DNA of 64,000 nt from Candidatus Dormiibacterota bacterium (GTDB lineage Bacteria; Chloroflexota; Dormibacteria; Aeolococcales; Aeolococcaceae). The notes beneath the pieces were generated by a model. The model was given only the letters and a program-made list of their open reading frames with translations, searched no databases and was not told the origin of the DNA. Position numbers and translations under genes: made by a program. Location of the stretch: positions 29,249 to 93,248 of the forward strand of contig DATBPD010000009.1 in assembly GCA_036561525.1 (NCBI GenBank), read 5' to 3'. Positions 9,184 through 20,330 of this stretch are shown here, one piece after another. Every line of letters begins with the position of its first letter. Position 1 is the stretch's first letter.

Positions 9184-10736
9184 GCGATCCGACGCACGGC
9201 AGCGACATGGCTGCCGGCCAGGGCGCCCTGTTCTCCACGTCCGAGGCGCCGCCGCCGCAGGCCGGGCCGCCCACTGACACCGAGAAGGTGGCCTCCCCGT
9301 CCGTCGCAGGGGACGCCCCAGCGTCGTCCCAAGCAGCCGGGACCGCGCCGGCGGAGGAGCTGCTGCCGGTCGAGATCGTTCGCCGGCTCGACGACTACAT
9401 CATCGGCCAGCAGGCGGCCAAGCGCGCGGTGGCCATCGCGCTGCGCAACCGGGTGCGCCGCCAGCGCCTCACCGACGAGATGCGCGAGGAGGTGCTCCCC
9501 AAGAACATCCTCATGATCGGACCGACCGGCGTCGGCAAGACCGAGATCGCCAGGCGTCTGGCGCGGCTGACCAACTCCCCCTTCCTCAAGGTCGAGGCCA
9601 CCAAGTTCACCGAGGTGGGCTATGTCGGGCGCGATGTCGAGTCCATCGTCCGCGACCTCCTCGAACAGACCATCACCGAGGTGCACAACGGGCGCATCGC
9701 CGACGTCGAGGAGCGCGCGCGCGACGCCGCCACGGCGCGGATCCTCGACACCCTGGTCGACGCCGAGGAACGAGCGCATCCAGGCGAGGCCGCGACCGAG
9801 CCCGCCGAGGCTCCAGCGTCAGAAGCGGACGCGGACGTGGCACGGCAGCGCCGCCGCCGCACCCATCGCCGCCGCTTCGAACGCAAGCTCGGGGCCAGGC
9901 AGCTCGAGGACAGGCTGATCGACGTCGAGGTGGAGGAGCCATTCCAACCCGCCTTCGAGGGTTTTGCCGGGACGGGCCTGGAGGAGGTGGGGACGTCGCT
10001 GTCGGACTTCTTCTCGCAGATGGCGCCGCCGCGCAAGCGCACCAAGCGGATGACCGTCGCGGACGCGCGCAGTGCCCTGGTCGAGGAGGAGACGGACCGG
10101 CTCATCGACATGGACCGGGTCTACGACGAGGCCATCCGGGAGGTCGAGGACCACGGCATCGTGTTCGTCGACGAGGTGGACAAGATCTGCGGCCAGCACA
10201 GCGAGCACGGGCCCGACGTCAGCGGGGAGGGCGTGCAGCGCGACCTCCTGCCCCTGCTCGAAGGCTCGACGGTCACCACGCGGTACGGACCGGTGCACAC
10301 CGACCACCTCCTGTTCATCGCCGCCGGGGCTTTCACCATGTCGCGCCCCAACGACCTGATTCCTGAGATGCAGGGTCGATTTCCCATTCGCGTCGAGCTG
10401 AGCAGCCTGTCGCAGGCCGACCTCGAGCGAATCCTCGTGGAGCCGAGCAACGCGCTCACCAAGCAGTACACCGCCCTGCTCGGCACCGAGGGGGTGGAGC
10501 TTCGCTTCCTTCCCGACGGCATCACCGAGATCGCTCACCAGGCGTTCGCGGTCAACGAGCAGGACGAGAACATCGGCGCCCGGCGGCTGTTCACCATCCT
10601 GGAGAAGATCCTCGAGGAGATCTCGTTCCGGGCCGAGGACTTCACCACCACGCCTGTCGAGGTCGACGCCGGCTACGTGAGCTCGCGTCTCGCCGACCTT
10701 GTACGCAACGACGACCTGCGCAAATACGTGCTTTAG
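9180..10736 (+). CDS. hslU: ATP-dependent protease ATPase subunit HslU with ~60-aa low-complexity N-terminal extension
   Basis: '[32 protein letters not shown]', Walker A '[15 protein letters not shown]', Walker B '[11 protein letters not shown]'. GTG 9180 overlaps the hslV stop. Alternative starts are ATG 9207 and GTG 9288. Confidence 0.92.
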   Translation: MSDPTHGSDMAAGQGALFSTSEAPPPQAGPPTDTEKVASPSVAGDAPASSQAAGTAPAEELLPVEIVRRLDDYIIGQQAAKRAVAIALRNRVRRQRLTDEMREEVLPKNILMIGPTGVGKTEIARRLARLTNSPFLKVEATKFTEVGYVGRDVESIVRDLLEQTITEVHNGRIADVEERARDAATARILDTLVDAEERAHPGEAATEPAEAPASEADADVARQRRRRTHRRRFERKLGARQLEDRLIDVEVEEPFQPAFEGFAGTGLEEVGTSLSDFFSQMAPPRKRTKRMTVADARSALVEEETDRLIDMDRVYDEAIREVEDHGIVFVDEVDKICGQHSEHGPDVSGEGVQRDLLPLLEGSTVTTRYGPVHTDHLLFIAAGAFTMSRPNDLIPEMQGRFPIRVELSSLSQADLERILVEPSNALTKQYTALLGTEGVELRFLPDGITEIAHQAFAVNEQDENIGARRLFTILEKILEEISFRAEDFTTTPVEVDAGYVSSRLADLVRNDDLRKYVL

Positions 10737-10789
10737 GGGAGTGGCCCGGCAACACCAACGTGCTGATCGCTGCGAAAACCTTCGGGCTG

Positions 10790-10795
10790 TACAAT
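10790..10795 (+). promoter_or_regulatory. -10-like TACAAT upstream of rpsB
   Basis: TACAAT lies about 108 nt before the rpsB ATG. Confidence 0.35.
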
Positions 10796-10903
10796 TGTCC
10801 CATCACACACGCCTCGGCGAGGCTGGTTCACGGGTGCCCCGGGCGGGTCGTGGCCGGCGGATGACCCGGGGCGGAGGACCACACCAACCCGAGGAGGCAC
10901 GCC
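10796..10903 (+). promoter_or_regulatory. Structured rpsB 5' leader (candidate S2 autoregulatory element)
   Basis: Hairpin GCCTC-GGC-GAGGC (10811-10823). 7-bp stem CCCCGGG (10837-10843) / CCCGGGG (10865-10871). The GCCTC arm is also complementary to the SD-proximal GAGGC (10894-10898). Confidence 0.3.
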
Positions 10904-11760
<857 letters not shown>

Positions 11761-11761
<1 letters not shown>

Positions 11762-12429
11762 TGGCAGAGGTCACCGCCGCGCAGGTGAAGGAGCTGCGCG
11801 AGCTCACCGGGGTGGGCATGATGGACTGCAAACGCGCGCTCAGCGAGACTGGCGGCGACATCGAGAAGGCCAAGGACTGGCTGCGTGCCAAGGGCCTGGC
11901 CCGCGCCGCGGACAGGGCAGGGCGCTCCACCAACGAGGGCATCGTCGAGGCCTACGTGCACGACGGCGGCGTCTCGGGACAGAAGCTCGGCGTGCTCGTC
12001 GAGGTGAACTGCGAGTCCGACTTCGTCGCCAAGACGGACGACTTCAAGCGGCTCGCCAAGGAGATAGCGCTCCAGGTCGCGGGACGCACCCCGCTGTACA
12101 TCCGCCGCGAGGACGTGCCCCCGGTGGTCGTCGAGCGCGAGCGCGCCGTCTTCCAGACTCAGGTCGCCGACAAGCCCGCCAACATCCAGGAAAAGATCAT
12201 CGAGGGTAAGCTCGACGCCTACTTCTCCGAGATCTGCCTGCTCGAGCAGCCGTACGTGCGCGACCAGACCAACAAGAAGAAGATCAACCAGCTGATCGGT
12301 GATGCTGTGGCCAAACTTGGCGAGAACATCACGGTCGCGCGCTTCGCCCGTTTCCAGGTGGGTGAGACCGCGGGTGTGATCGGCAGCACCGCTCTGACGG
12401 GGGACGGCGCCGCGCCGTCGCCGAACTGA
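11761..12429 (+). CDS. tsf: Elongation factor Ts (short form)
   Basis: '[34 protein letters not shown]' UBA-like N-terminus. ATG 11761 (GTG 11758 possible) overlaps the rpsB stop. Confidence 0.93.
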
Positions 12430-12452
12430 TCGAGAGCGCCGAAAGCACAGCC

Positions 12453-13217
12453 GTGGTCGGAACCGCGATCGCCGCCACCGACGACAGAGCCCCCATCTAC
12501 TCGCGGATCATCCTCAAGCTGAGCGGGGAGGCACTGCTCGGTGAAGCGTCCAACTCCGGCATCCACCACGGCACGGTTCGCCGCATCGCCGAGGAGATCG
12601 GCAAGGTCCACGCCCGTGGCGTCGAGGTGGCCGTGGTCATCGGCGGCGGCAACATCGTCCGCGGCGTCGAGGCGAGCACCCAGGGGCTCGACCGCGTCGC
12701 CGCCGACTACATGGGCATGCTGGCCACCGTCATCAACGCGCTGGCGCTCCAGGACGCGCTGGAAAGGCTCGCTGTCCAGACCAGGGTGCAGTCGGCGATC
12801 GCCATGCAGCAGGTTGCGGAGCCCTTCATCCCGCGCCGCACCATCCGCCACCTCGAGAAGGGTCGCGTTGTGATCCTCGCGGCGGGCACCGGCAACCCCT
12901 TCTTCACCACCGACACCACCGCCGCGCTGCGCGCCGCCGAGATCGGCGCTGACGTGCTGCTCAAGGCCACCAAGGTCGACGGGATCTATACCGCCGACCC
13001 CGTCAAGGAGCCGTCGGCGCTGAGGCTGCATCACCTCTCCTACATGGAAGTTCTCAACCGCCACCTCGAGGTGATGGACAACACCGCGCTGACGCTGTGC
13101 ATGGACAACGGCACGCCGATCATCGTCTTCAACCTGCTCGCCGAGGGCAGCATCGAGCGCGTCGTACTCGGCGACGACATCGGCACTCGCGTGGACGCAC
13201 GGGGAGACGGCAGATGA
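12453..13217 (+). CDS. pyrH: UMP kinase
   Basis: '[15 protein letters not shown]', '[10 protein letters not shown]', '[24 protein letters not shown]'. Confidence 0.93.
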   Translation: MVGTAIAATDDRAPIYSRIILKLSGEALLGEASNSGIHHGTVRRIAEEIGKVHARGVEVAVVIGGGNIVRGVEASTQGLDRVAADYMGMLATVINALALQDALERLAVQTRVQSAIAMQQVAEPFIPRRTIRHLEKGRVVILAAGTGNPFFTTDTTAALRAAEIGADVLLKATKVDGIYTADPVKEPSALRLHHLSYMEVLNRHLEVMDNTALTLCMDNGTPIIVFNLLAEGSIERVVLGDDIGTRVDARGDGR

Positions 13218-13807
13218 GCGACCGCACCCGGTCCGAGGACTCACAGGCGCAGATCCGGGACCGCCTCGTCGACGCCGAGGTGCGCATGGACAAGAGCCTT
13301 GATGCGCTGCACAAGGAGCTCGGCGGGGTGCGCACCGGTCGGGCCACGCCATCGCTGGTCGACCGCGTCCAGGTGGACTACTACGGCGCACCGACGCCGC
13401 TGCAGAGCATCGCCGGGATCACCGCTCCCGAGGCGAGGCTGCTGCTCATCCAGCCGTACGATCGCAGCTCGATCGCGGCCATCGAGAAGGCGCTGCAGAA
13501 AAGTGAGCTCGGGCTCAACCCCAGCAACGACGGACAGGTCATCCGCATCGCCATCCCGGCGCTCACCGAGGACCGGCGTCGCGAGTTCGCCAAGCTCGTC
13601 AAGCAGAAGGCGGAGGACGCTCGCATCGCGGTGCGCAACATCCGCCGTGACGAGGTCGAACACCTGCGCAAGTTGGAGAAGGAAGGCCACGTCTCCAAGG
13701 ACGAGATCGAACGCAACATCGCCGAGGTGCAGCACATCACGGACGGCTTCATCGGCAAGGTTGACGATCTCGCACAGAAGAAGGAGGCTGAGATCCTCGA
13801 GGTCTGA
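13214..13807 (+). CDS. frr: Ribosome recycling factor
   Basis: '[32 protein letters not shown]...[14 protein letters not shown]....[13 protein letters not shown]'. The ATG overlaps the pyrH stop. Confidence 0.93.
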   Translation: MSDRTRSEDSQAQIRDRLVDAEVRMDKSLDALHKELGGVRTGRATPSLVDRVQVDYYGAPTPLQSIAGITAPEARLLLIQPYDRSSIAAIEKALQKSELGLNPSNDGQVIRIAIPALTEDRRREFAKLVKQKAEDARIAVRNIRRDEVEHLRKLEKEGHVSKDEIERNIAEVQHITDGFIGKVDDLAQKKEAEILEV

Positions 13808-13865
13808 TCTCGAGCAGTCGCGTTGGCGAAACCGCCCCTCCTGACGAGGCGTTCAGTACACAGAC

Positions 13866-14639
13866 ATGCAGCGACCGCCAGAGCCAGCCGCCATCCCCGA
13901 GCCGTCCAACCCGGAGCTGCCGCGTCACATCGGCATCATCATGGACGGCAATGGTCGCTGGGCGCACGCACGCCACCTTCCCCGCGTCGCCGGCCACCGG
14001 GCCGGGGTGCGGGCGATCCGGCCCGTCATGGAAGCCTGTCACGAGGCCGGTGTGCACATCCTCACCCTCTACGCGTTCAGCACGGAGAACTGGTCGCGCC
14101 CCCGCCATGAGGTGACCGCGCTGATGCAGCTGTTCGGCGACACCCTCGACTCCGAGGTGAGCCAGATGCACGACGAGGGCATCCAGATCCGCACCATCGG
14201 CGATCGCTCCAAGTTGAGTGGGCGCCTCCAGGAGAAGGTGCGACGTGCCGAGGAGATGACCAGCCTCAACACTCGGGCGATGCTCAACGTGGCCATCAAC
14301 TATGGCGGCCGCAACGAGATCGTGGCCGCGGTGCGCGACCTCGCCGCTCGCGGGGTCGACCTCACCGAGCTCGACAACCAGACCCTGAGCGGCGCTCTCT
14401 ACACCGCCGGCCTTCCCGACCCCGACCTGATCATCCGCACCGCGGGGGAGATGCGCATCAGCAACTTCATGCTCTGGCAGACGGCGTACGCCGAGATCTA
14501 CGTCACCAAGACCCTGTGGCCCGACTTCGGGCCCGCGGACATCGAGAGGGCGTTCGCCGCTTACGCCCGGCGAGATCGCCGGTTCGGAGCGGTTCCGCCG
14601 AGGGTGGAGGAGGCGCTGCGGGCGCCAGTGACGCTCTGA
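13866..14639 (+). CDS. uppS: Undecaprenyl-diphosphate synthase (cis-prenyltransferase)
   Basis: 'HIGIIMDGNGRWA', 'LTLYAFSTENWSRP', 'DLIIRTAGEMRISNFMLWQTAYAE'. Confidence 0.93.
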   Translation: MQRPPEPAAIPEPSNPELPRHIGIIMDGNGRWAHARHLPRVAGHRAGVRAIRPVMEACHEAGVHILTLYAFSTENWSRPRHEVTALMQLFGDTLDSEVSQMHDEGIQIRTIGDRSKLSGRLQEKVRRAEEMTSLNTRAMLNVAINYGGRNEIVAAVRDLAARGVDLTELDNQTLSGALYTAGLPDPDLIIRTAGEMRISNFMLWQTAYAEIYVTKTLWPDFGPADIERAFAAYARRDRRFGAVPPRVEEALRAPVTL

Positions 14640-14719
14640 GCGGAGAGCCTGTCGCGGCGGCGGCCGCTCCCGGCCTCGACGTCGCCCCGCGCTCCGCGCC
14701 ATCGTCGACTGTCACCCGC

Positions 14720-15508
14720 GTGATCTCGGGCGTGTTGCTGCTGCTGCTGGTCGCCGGCGCTGTGGCAGCTGGGGGCAACCTGTTCGTGGCGGTCGTTGCC
14801 GCTGCTTCTGCGGTTGGCGCCTGGGAGTTTGCCGGCCTGGCCGCCAGGCTGGATGCGCGCCCGCCGCTTTGGCTGCTGCTGCCGCTGACGGTCTGGCTGG
14901 CGATCCGGTTCGTCGTGCCCGGGTCGCCGCCGGCCCTCGACATCGCGCTCGGCGGGGTTCTCGTGGCCGGCATGATCGGCCTGGTCGTCACCGGCACATC
15001 GTGGCGCGGCTGGATGGCAGCGGTCGCCGGCGGCGTCTACGTCGGCTTCTCGCTGGGCTTCTACGTCGCGCTGATCAACTGGCGGCCGCAGGACCACGGC
15101 TTCGGGGTCGGCGCGGTGGCGGTGGCGCTCGCGGCGGTGGTCGTCTGCGACACCGGGGCATACCTGGCCGGCAGCGCGCTGGGCAAGCACCGGTTCTTCC
15201 CGCACCTCTCCCCGAGGAAGTCGATCGAGGGGGCGGTCGCCGGGCTCCTCGGTGCCATGGTCATCGCGGCGGTGCTTGCCCGTGTTCTGCTCGGCATCTC
15301 GCCGTGGCTGGGAGCTGTCGAGGGCCTGCTCGTCGCCGTCGCAGCCCAGGGCGGCGACCTGGCCGAGTCGGCATTGAAGCGCCAGGGCGGCGCCAAGGAC
15401 TCGAGCCGCCTCATCCCCGGGCATGGAGGCGTGCTCGACCGCCTCGACAGCCTGGTGCTGGTGGCACCCGTGGTCTACGGCTTCTACAAGCTGATCTCGC
15501 TGGCGTGA
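14720..15508 (+). CDS. cdsA: Phosphatidate cytidylyltransferase
   Basis: Multi-TM protein with 'FPHLSPRKSIEGAVAG' and 'GHGGVLDRLDSL'. GTG 14720 was chosen. ATG 14516 would overlap uppS by 124 nt. Confidence 0.85.
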   Translation: MISGVLLLLLVAGAVAAGGNLFVAVVAAASAVGAWEFAGLAARLDARPPLWLLLPLTVWLAIRFVVPGSPPALDIALGGVLVAGMIGLVVTGTSWRGWMAAVAGGVYVGFSLGFYVALINWRPQDHGFGVGAVAVALAAVVVCDTGAYLAGSALGKHRFFPHLSPRKSIEGAVAGLLGAMVIAAVLARVLLGISPWLGAVEGLLVAVAAQGGDLAESALKRQGGAKDSSRLIPGHGGVLDRLDSLVLVAPVVYGFYKLISLA

Positions 15509-15510
15509 GG

Positions 15511-15536
15511 TCTCCGCGCGGCGGGCTTCGCGGAGA
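15511..15536 (+). terminator. Hairpin between cdsA and dxr (attenuator/terminator candidate)
   Basis: TCTCCGCG (15511-15518) pairs with CGCGGAGA (15529-15536) across a 10-nt loop. There is no U-tract. Confidence 0.25.
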
Positions 15537-15544
15537 ATGAGGCT

Positions 15545-16720
15545 GTGATCGACTCCTCCAGCGCCGCCGCCGCCTCGCGCCGTCGCGTCGTGCTCCTGGG
15601 CGCCACCGGCTCGATCGGCCGGCAGTGTTGCGACGTCATCGCCCGCTTCCCGCAGCGGTTCGACCTCGTGGGTGCGGCGGTGGGGAGCGATGTCGCCGGC
15701 CTCGTCGAGGTGGTCGCGCGGTTCGGCGTCGGTCGTGCCGCGGTGGCGTCACCTCGCGGTGAGGAGCCGCTGCCCGCCGGGTTCGGCTCGGGGATGAACG
15801 CGGTCTGCGACATCGCCGCCATGGAGTGCGATGTCGTCTGCGTGGCCATCCCCGGGGCCGCTGCGCTCCTCCCGACCCTGGCGGCGCTCGACGCCGGGCG
15901 CACCATCGCCACCGCCACCAAGGAGGTCCTGGTCATGGCCGGCGAGCTGGTGCGCGCGCGAGCAGCCGCCTCCGGCGCGCGGATCCTCCCCGTGGACAGC
16001 GAGCACAGCGCGCTCTGGCAGTGCCTTCGTGGCGAGAGCGCCGCTGCGGTCCGCTCGCTGGTGCTGACCGCCAGTGGTGGTCCCTTCCGCCAGCGTGAAT
16101 TGGCCACCTTCGGCAACATCACTGTCGAGGAGGCCCTGCGCCATCCCACCTGGAACATGGGGCCGAAGGTCACCATCGATTCGGCCACCATGATGAACAA
16201 GGGCCTGGAGATCATCGAGGCGCATTTCCTCTTCGAGATGCCCTACCTGAGCATCGGCGTGGTTATCCACCCGCGCAGCATCGTGCACTCGTTCGTCGAG
16301 TTCATCGATGGCGCGGTCATCGCCCAGCTCGGGATCCCCGACATGCGCGTGCCGATCGCGTTGGCCATCGCCGACGGGGAACGGCTGCCCGACATCGCCG
16401 AGCCCGTGCAGCTGGCCGGCGGCGCGCCGCTCGAGTTCTTCGAGGTCGACACCGCGCGCTTCCCGGCGGTGTCGCTGGCACGTGTTGCCGGCCAGGCCGG
16501 CGGGATCGCGCCGGCCGTGCTCAACGCGGCCAACGAGGTGGCGGTGGCGGCATTCCTCGGCCGCCGGCTGCGCTTCGACGAGATCGTGGCGCTGGTGGCG
16601 CACACCGTCGCGGCCGCACCGACCGTGGACACGCCCGCCCTCGACGACATCCTCGACGCGGACTCGTGGGCACGTCGCCACGCTGCCGAGCAGGTCCAGG
16701 CCGCGGTGGCGCCCGCGTGA
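15545..16720 (+). CDS. dxr: 1-deoxy-D-xylulose-5-phosphate reductoisomerase
   Basis: 'VVLLGATGSIGRQ', 'PVDSEHSALWQCL', 'LTASGGPFR', 'HPTWNMGPKVTIDSATMMNKGLEIIEAH'. Confidence 0.95.
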   Translation: MIDSSSAAAASRRRVVLLGATGSIGRQCCDVIARFPQRFDLVGAAVGSDVAGLVEVVARFGVGRAAVASPRGEEPLPAGFGSGMNAVCDIAAMECDVVCVAIPGAAALLPTLAALDAGRTIATATKEVLVMAGELVRARAAASGARILPVDSEHSALWQCLRGESAAAVRSLVLTASGGPFRQRELATFGNITVEEALRHPTWNMGPKVTIDSATMMNKGLEIIEAHFLFEMPYLSIGVVIHPRSIVHSFVEFIDGAVIAQLGIPDMRVPIALAIADGERLPDIAEPVQLAGGAPLEFFEVDTARFPAVSLARVAGQAGGIAPAVLNAANEVAVAAFLGRRLRFDEIVALVAHTVAAAPTVDTPALDDILDADSWARRHAAEQVQAAVAPA

Positions 16721-18060
16721 TCCTCGACGTCCTCACCGGGATCGGCGCGGTCATCCTGGTGCTGCTGGTGGTGGTGCTGGTGCACGAGGGCGGCCACTTC
16801 GTCCTGGCCAAGTGGGCAGGCGTGCGCGTCGACGAGTTCGCCTTCGGGTTCGGTCCGCGGCTGTGGGCCCGCCGCCGCGGCGAGACAACGTATTCGCTGC
16901 GCGCGATCCCGGCAGGCGGCTACGTGAAGATGGCCGGCATGCTCGGCCTCGAAGGTGAGGCCGACGCCGGCGAGCGCAACTTCTACCGCGCCTCCATCCC
17001 CAAGCGCATGATGGTGATCCTGGCCGGCATCGTCGCCAACATGGTGCTGGCGGGCCTGCTCTTCACCGTGTACTTCGCCACGCCCACGGGCTCACACCTC
17101 CTCTCCGGCGAAGCGGCGCAGCGGGCCGGCCTTCACGATGGCGACAGCATTGTCAGCGTCGATGGCAGGCCGATCCGCCACGACACTGCCGCTGATGTCG
17201 CCGCCGACCTCCACGCCGCCACGGCGGCCAGCCAGGGCCGGCCGATGCGCGTTGTCGTCACCGACGCCACCGGCGCCATCCACACTGCCACGATCGAGCC
17301 GTCGCTGGTGATCGTCAACGGCTACCCGAACCCGGTCTCAGCCGCGCCGGGAGCATCGCCCGGGTCGACCGCGACGCCCTCGCCGAGCGCGGCAGCCACC
17401 GCATCCCCGGCGCTGCCACCCGGGATGTTCGCAGTCACCGCCGTCAACGGCCAGCCTGTCGGTGCCGGGGACCCGGGCCAGCTGCTGGGCGACCCCACAG
17501 TGCGACTCGACGGGTTCGTCATCACCCCGGACGGCACCGCCGGGGTGACGCTGCGGGGCGTCGTCGTGTCCGGAGTCACTGCCGGCGACGGTGCCACCAA
17601 CGCTCTGCAGGCGGCCTGGCGCCTGGGCGTACAACCCGATTTCCAGGGTGAGCCGGTGGTGCAGTCACTCGCCGACGGCTTCGGCGCGATCCCCCTCTTC
17701 GTCCACGACACCGCGGTCGGCCTCTACGACCTGGTCACCAATCCCAAATTGGGCGGTGTCACCGGACCGCAGGGCCTCTCCGGTCCCGTCGGCATCGCCA
17801 CCCAGACCGTGACCCAGGCGCACCGCGGCACCAAGAACCTCCTCTACTGGATCGCGTTCATCAGCATGAACCTCGGCCTGGTCAATGTCCTGCCGATCCC
17901 GTTCCTCGATGGTGGCAAGTTCATGCTGATCGTCATCGAGGCGATCCGGCGCCGCCGGCTCGACCCCCGTCGCGAGGCCCTGATCTACGCGATCAGCCTG
18001 GCGATCGTGGTCGTGTTCGTCATCTATGTCACCATCGGAGACGTGGGAAGGTCCCTGTGA
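16717..18060 (+). CDS. rseP: Site-2 (M50) zinc metalloprotease RseP/Rip1 family
   Basis: 'HEGGHFVLAK' HExxH in TM1, a PDZ-like 'GEAAQRAGLHDGDSIVSVDG', and 'NLGLVNVLPIPFLDGG'. The GTG overlaps the dxr stop. Contains a Pro/Ala/Ser-rich insert. Confidence 0.9.
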   Translation: MILDVLTGIGAVILVLLVVVLVHEGGHFVLAKWAGVRVDEFAFGFGPRLWARRRGETTYSLRAIPAGGYVKMAGMLGLEGEADAGERNFYRASIPKRMMVILAGIVANMVLAGLLFTVYFATPTGSHLLSGEAAQRAGLHDGDSIVSVDGRPIRHDTAADVAADLHAATAASQGRPMRVVVTDATGAIHTATIEPSLVIVNGYPNPVSAAPGASPGSTATPSPSAAATASPALPPGMFAVTAVNGQPVGAGDPGQLLGDPTVRLDGFVITPDGTAGVTLRGVVVSGVTAGDGATNALQAAWRLGVQPDFQGEPVVQSLADGFGAIPLFVHDTAVGLYDLVTNPKLGGVTGPQGLSGPVGIATQTVTQAHRGTKNLLYWIAFISMNLGLVNVLPIPFLDGGKFMLIVIEAIRRRRLDPRREALIYAISLAIVVVFVIYVTIGDVGRSL

Positions 18061-19247
18061 GCAGCACCATCACCCGGCGCCGCACCGTGCCCGTCAACGT
18101 CGGCGGCGTGGTCATCGGCGGCGCCGCGCCCATCCCGGTCCAGACGATGACCAAGACCCAGACCGAGGACGTGTCCGCTACCCTGGCGCAGATCGAGCGT
18201 GCCGCCAAGGCCGGCGCCGACATCATCCGGGTCACCTGCGACACCCAGGAGGCGGGTGTCGCGCTCCGTGACATCGTCAAGGGATCTCCGATCCCGGTCA
18301 TCGCGGACGTGCACTACGACGCCCCGCTCGCCCTGCGCGCGCTGGAGGCGGGCATCGCCTGCCTGCGGCTCAACCCCGGCAACATCACCGACCCGACCAA
18401 GGTGCGCGACATCGCGCGCGAAGCCGGCGCGCGCGAGGTGCCGATCCGCATCGGCGTCAACAGCGGCAGCATCCCGCAGCGCAAGGACCTCGAACGAGGC
18501 CGCGGCGGCAGCATCGACGAGACGGCCGAGCGCATGGTCGAGGCTGCGCTTGGTCACATCCGCATCCTCGAGGAGCTCGACTTCCGCAACATCAAGGTGT
18601 CGTTGAAGGCGAGCGACGTGCTCACCAACATCGCGGTCAACCGCAAGTTCGCGGCTCTCGACAACCGCTATCCGCTCCACCTTGGTCTCACCGAGGCCGG
18701 TCCGGTGGAGTCCGGCAGCGTCAAGAGCGCCATGGGCATCGGCATCCTCCTTGCCGAGGGGATCGGCGACACCATCCGCGTGTCGCTGGTCGGTGAGCCC
18801 GAGGACGAGGTGCGCGTCGGCCGCCAGATCCTCCAGAACCTCAGCGAGCAGGGCAGCGGTCCCAACCTGATCGCCTGCCCCACCTGCGGTCGCCTGGAGA
18901 TCGACATGTTCCCCATGGTCGCCCGCGTCGAGGAGGCGCTGCGCGACGTCCGCCGCACCATCAACGTGTCGGTGATGGGCTGCGTGGTCAATGGCCCCGG
19001 GGAGGGCATGCATGCCGACATCGGCATCGCCGGCGGACGCCAGAAGGGCATCCTCTACCGTGGCGGCAAGGTGATCGCATCCCTCCCGCAGGAGGAGCTC
19101 ATCGAGACGCTCATCGGTGAGCTGCGGGTGATCGCAGACGAGGACGCACGGTTGATCGCCGCCGGTGAGCCGCTGCCCATCGGCCTCGGTGAGCTCGCCG
19201 GCAACGGCGACTCATCGCTGAAGGCGCTGCCGATCGCCGCAGGCTGA
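18057..19247 (+). CDS. ispG: 4-hydroxy-3-methylbut-2-enyl diphosphate synthase (GcpE/IspG)
   Basis: 'VPVNVGGVVIGGAAPIPVQTMT', 'LRLNPGN', 'ACPTCGR', 'MGCVVNGPGE'. The GTG overlaps the rseP stop. Confidence 0.95.
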   Translation: MSSTITRRRTVPVNVGGVVIGGAAPIPVQTMTKTQTEDVSATLAQIERAAKAGADIIRVTCDTQEAGVALRDIVKGSPIPVIADVHYDAPLALRALEAGIACLRLNPGNITDPTKVRDIAREAGAREVPIRIGVNSGSIPQRKDLERGRGGSIDETAERMVEAALGHIRILEELDFRNIKVSLKASDVLTNIAVNRKFAALDNRYPLHLGLTEAGPVESGSVKSAMGIGILLAEGIGDTIRVSLVGEPEDEVRVGRQILQNLSEQGSGPNLIACPTCGRLEIDMFPMVARVEEALRDVRRTINVSVMGCVVNGPGEGMHADIGIAGGRQKGILYRGGKVIASLPQEELIETLIGELRVIADEDARLIAAGEPLPIGLGELAGNGDSSLKALPIAAG

Positions 19248-19284
19248 CCGGCGCGCGAGGCGCGCCGAGGAGTGGGGTGTGCGA

Positions 19285-19303
19285 GGACGGATTCACTCCG
19301 TCC
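19285..19303. terminator. Hairpin in convergent gap ispG / opuC operon
   Basis: GGACGGA-TTCAC-TCCGTCC, a perfect 7-bp stem. Confidence 0.45.
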
Positions 19304-19309
19304 GCGCGA

Positions 19310-19332
19310 GGGGCGAGGATCTGCCTCGCCCC
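19310..19332. terminator. Second hairpin in convergent gap ispG / opuC operon
   Basis: GGGGCGAGG-ATCTG-CCTCGCCCC, a perfect 9-bp stem 8 nt from the stop of the binding-protein gene. Confidence 0.5.
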
Positions 19333-19339
19333 CGGTTAA

Positions 19340-20311
19340 CTAGAACCCGTTCTGGCTGAGCCAGTTGGTGGCGACCGTGGTGACGCTCATGCCGTCGACG
19401 TCCACCTGCTTGTTGAGCCCCACCATCACCGTGGTGGTGAGCTTGGCAGCGATCGGGGCCATCAGGTTGGCGATCGCGGGGTGGGCCGAGAGGATGTCGG
19501 CGCGAACCATCAGACCGGCGTTGTCCGCCGGGAACAGCGTCTTGTCGTCCTGCAGCGCGACCAGGTTGTCCGCCGCGAGCGCGGCGTCGGTGGTGAACAC
19601 CTCGGCGGCGTCGCACTGATTGTTGGCGAGGACACTCTCCCCGCCCTGGCTGACATCCGTCAGTCCGGGGTAGGTCGCCCACACCGAGCCGTAGGTGCTG
19701 GCCAGGCCGGGAAGGCCGTCGGTGCGGGTGCGGAACTCCGAGGCGATGCAGATCTTCACGTCGGTGTGCTGCTGCAGGTAGGCGGTGAAGCTCGACAGTG
19801 TGGTGCCGAACTTCGAGGTGTCGGCGCTGCGGACGCCGATGCCATTGGTGTCGTCGAACTTGGTCTCGCTGGTCCAGCAGAGGTTCTTGGCGGCATCGAG
19901 CTGGGCGACCTTGTTGAAGGCCTGGTCGAGGTCGGTCGGGATCGGCGAAACGTTCAGGTACTGGGCACCGAGCTCGGTCCCGGTGTACTGCCAGAGCAGC
20001 TGGATCTGGTTGCTGGCGATGGCCTGGCCGATCGCCGGGTCGGCGGCGTGGGTGCTGTCGTCGATGGTGAAGTTGTGCTTGCCCAGCTCGATCTTGGTGA
20101 TCGCGGCGAGCAGCTTCTCCTCGGTGAACGACTTGGCACCGATCTTCAGGCTGGCGCCGCCCCCGTCCGTCGCCGACGTGTTGCTGATGGCGCAGGGACC
20201 GGTGCTGCCGCCACCGCTGCTCGGAGTGGTGTTGTTCGACGAGCCACACGCGGGAAGAAGCCCCCCCGCGATCACCATCGACGCCGCAACGAGTACGTGC
20301 CGTCGATTCAT
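19340..20311 (-). CDS. Osmoprotectant (glycine betaine/choline-type) ABC substrate-binding lipoprotein, OpuAC-fold
   Basis: Signal peptide plus lipobox 'GGLLPAC|GSS'. Body resembles OpuCC/OsmX-type binding proteins and is the last gene of the permease-ATPase-permease-SBP operon. Confidence 0.75.
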   Translation of the reverse strand: MNRRHVLVAASMVIAGGLLPACGSSNNTTPSSGGGSTGPCAISNTSATDGGGASLKIGAKSFTEEKLLAAITKIELGKHNFTIDDSTHAADPAIGQAIASNQIQLLWQYTGTELGAQYLNVSPIPTDLDQAFNKVAQLDAAKNLCWTSETKFDDTNGIGVRSADTSKFGTTLSSFTAYLQQHTDVKICIASEFRTRTDGLPGLASTYGSVWATYPGLTDVSQGGESVLANNQCDAAEVFTTDAALAADNLVALQDDKTLFPADNAGLMVRADILSAHPAIANLMAPIAAKLTTTVMVGLNKQVDVDGMSVTTVATNWLSQNGF

Positions 20312-20330
20312 TGCCTGGTCCTCCGCTAGC

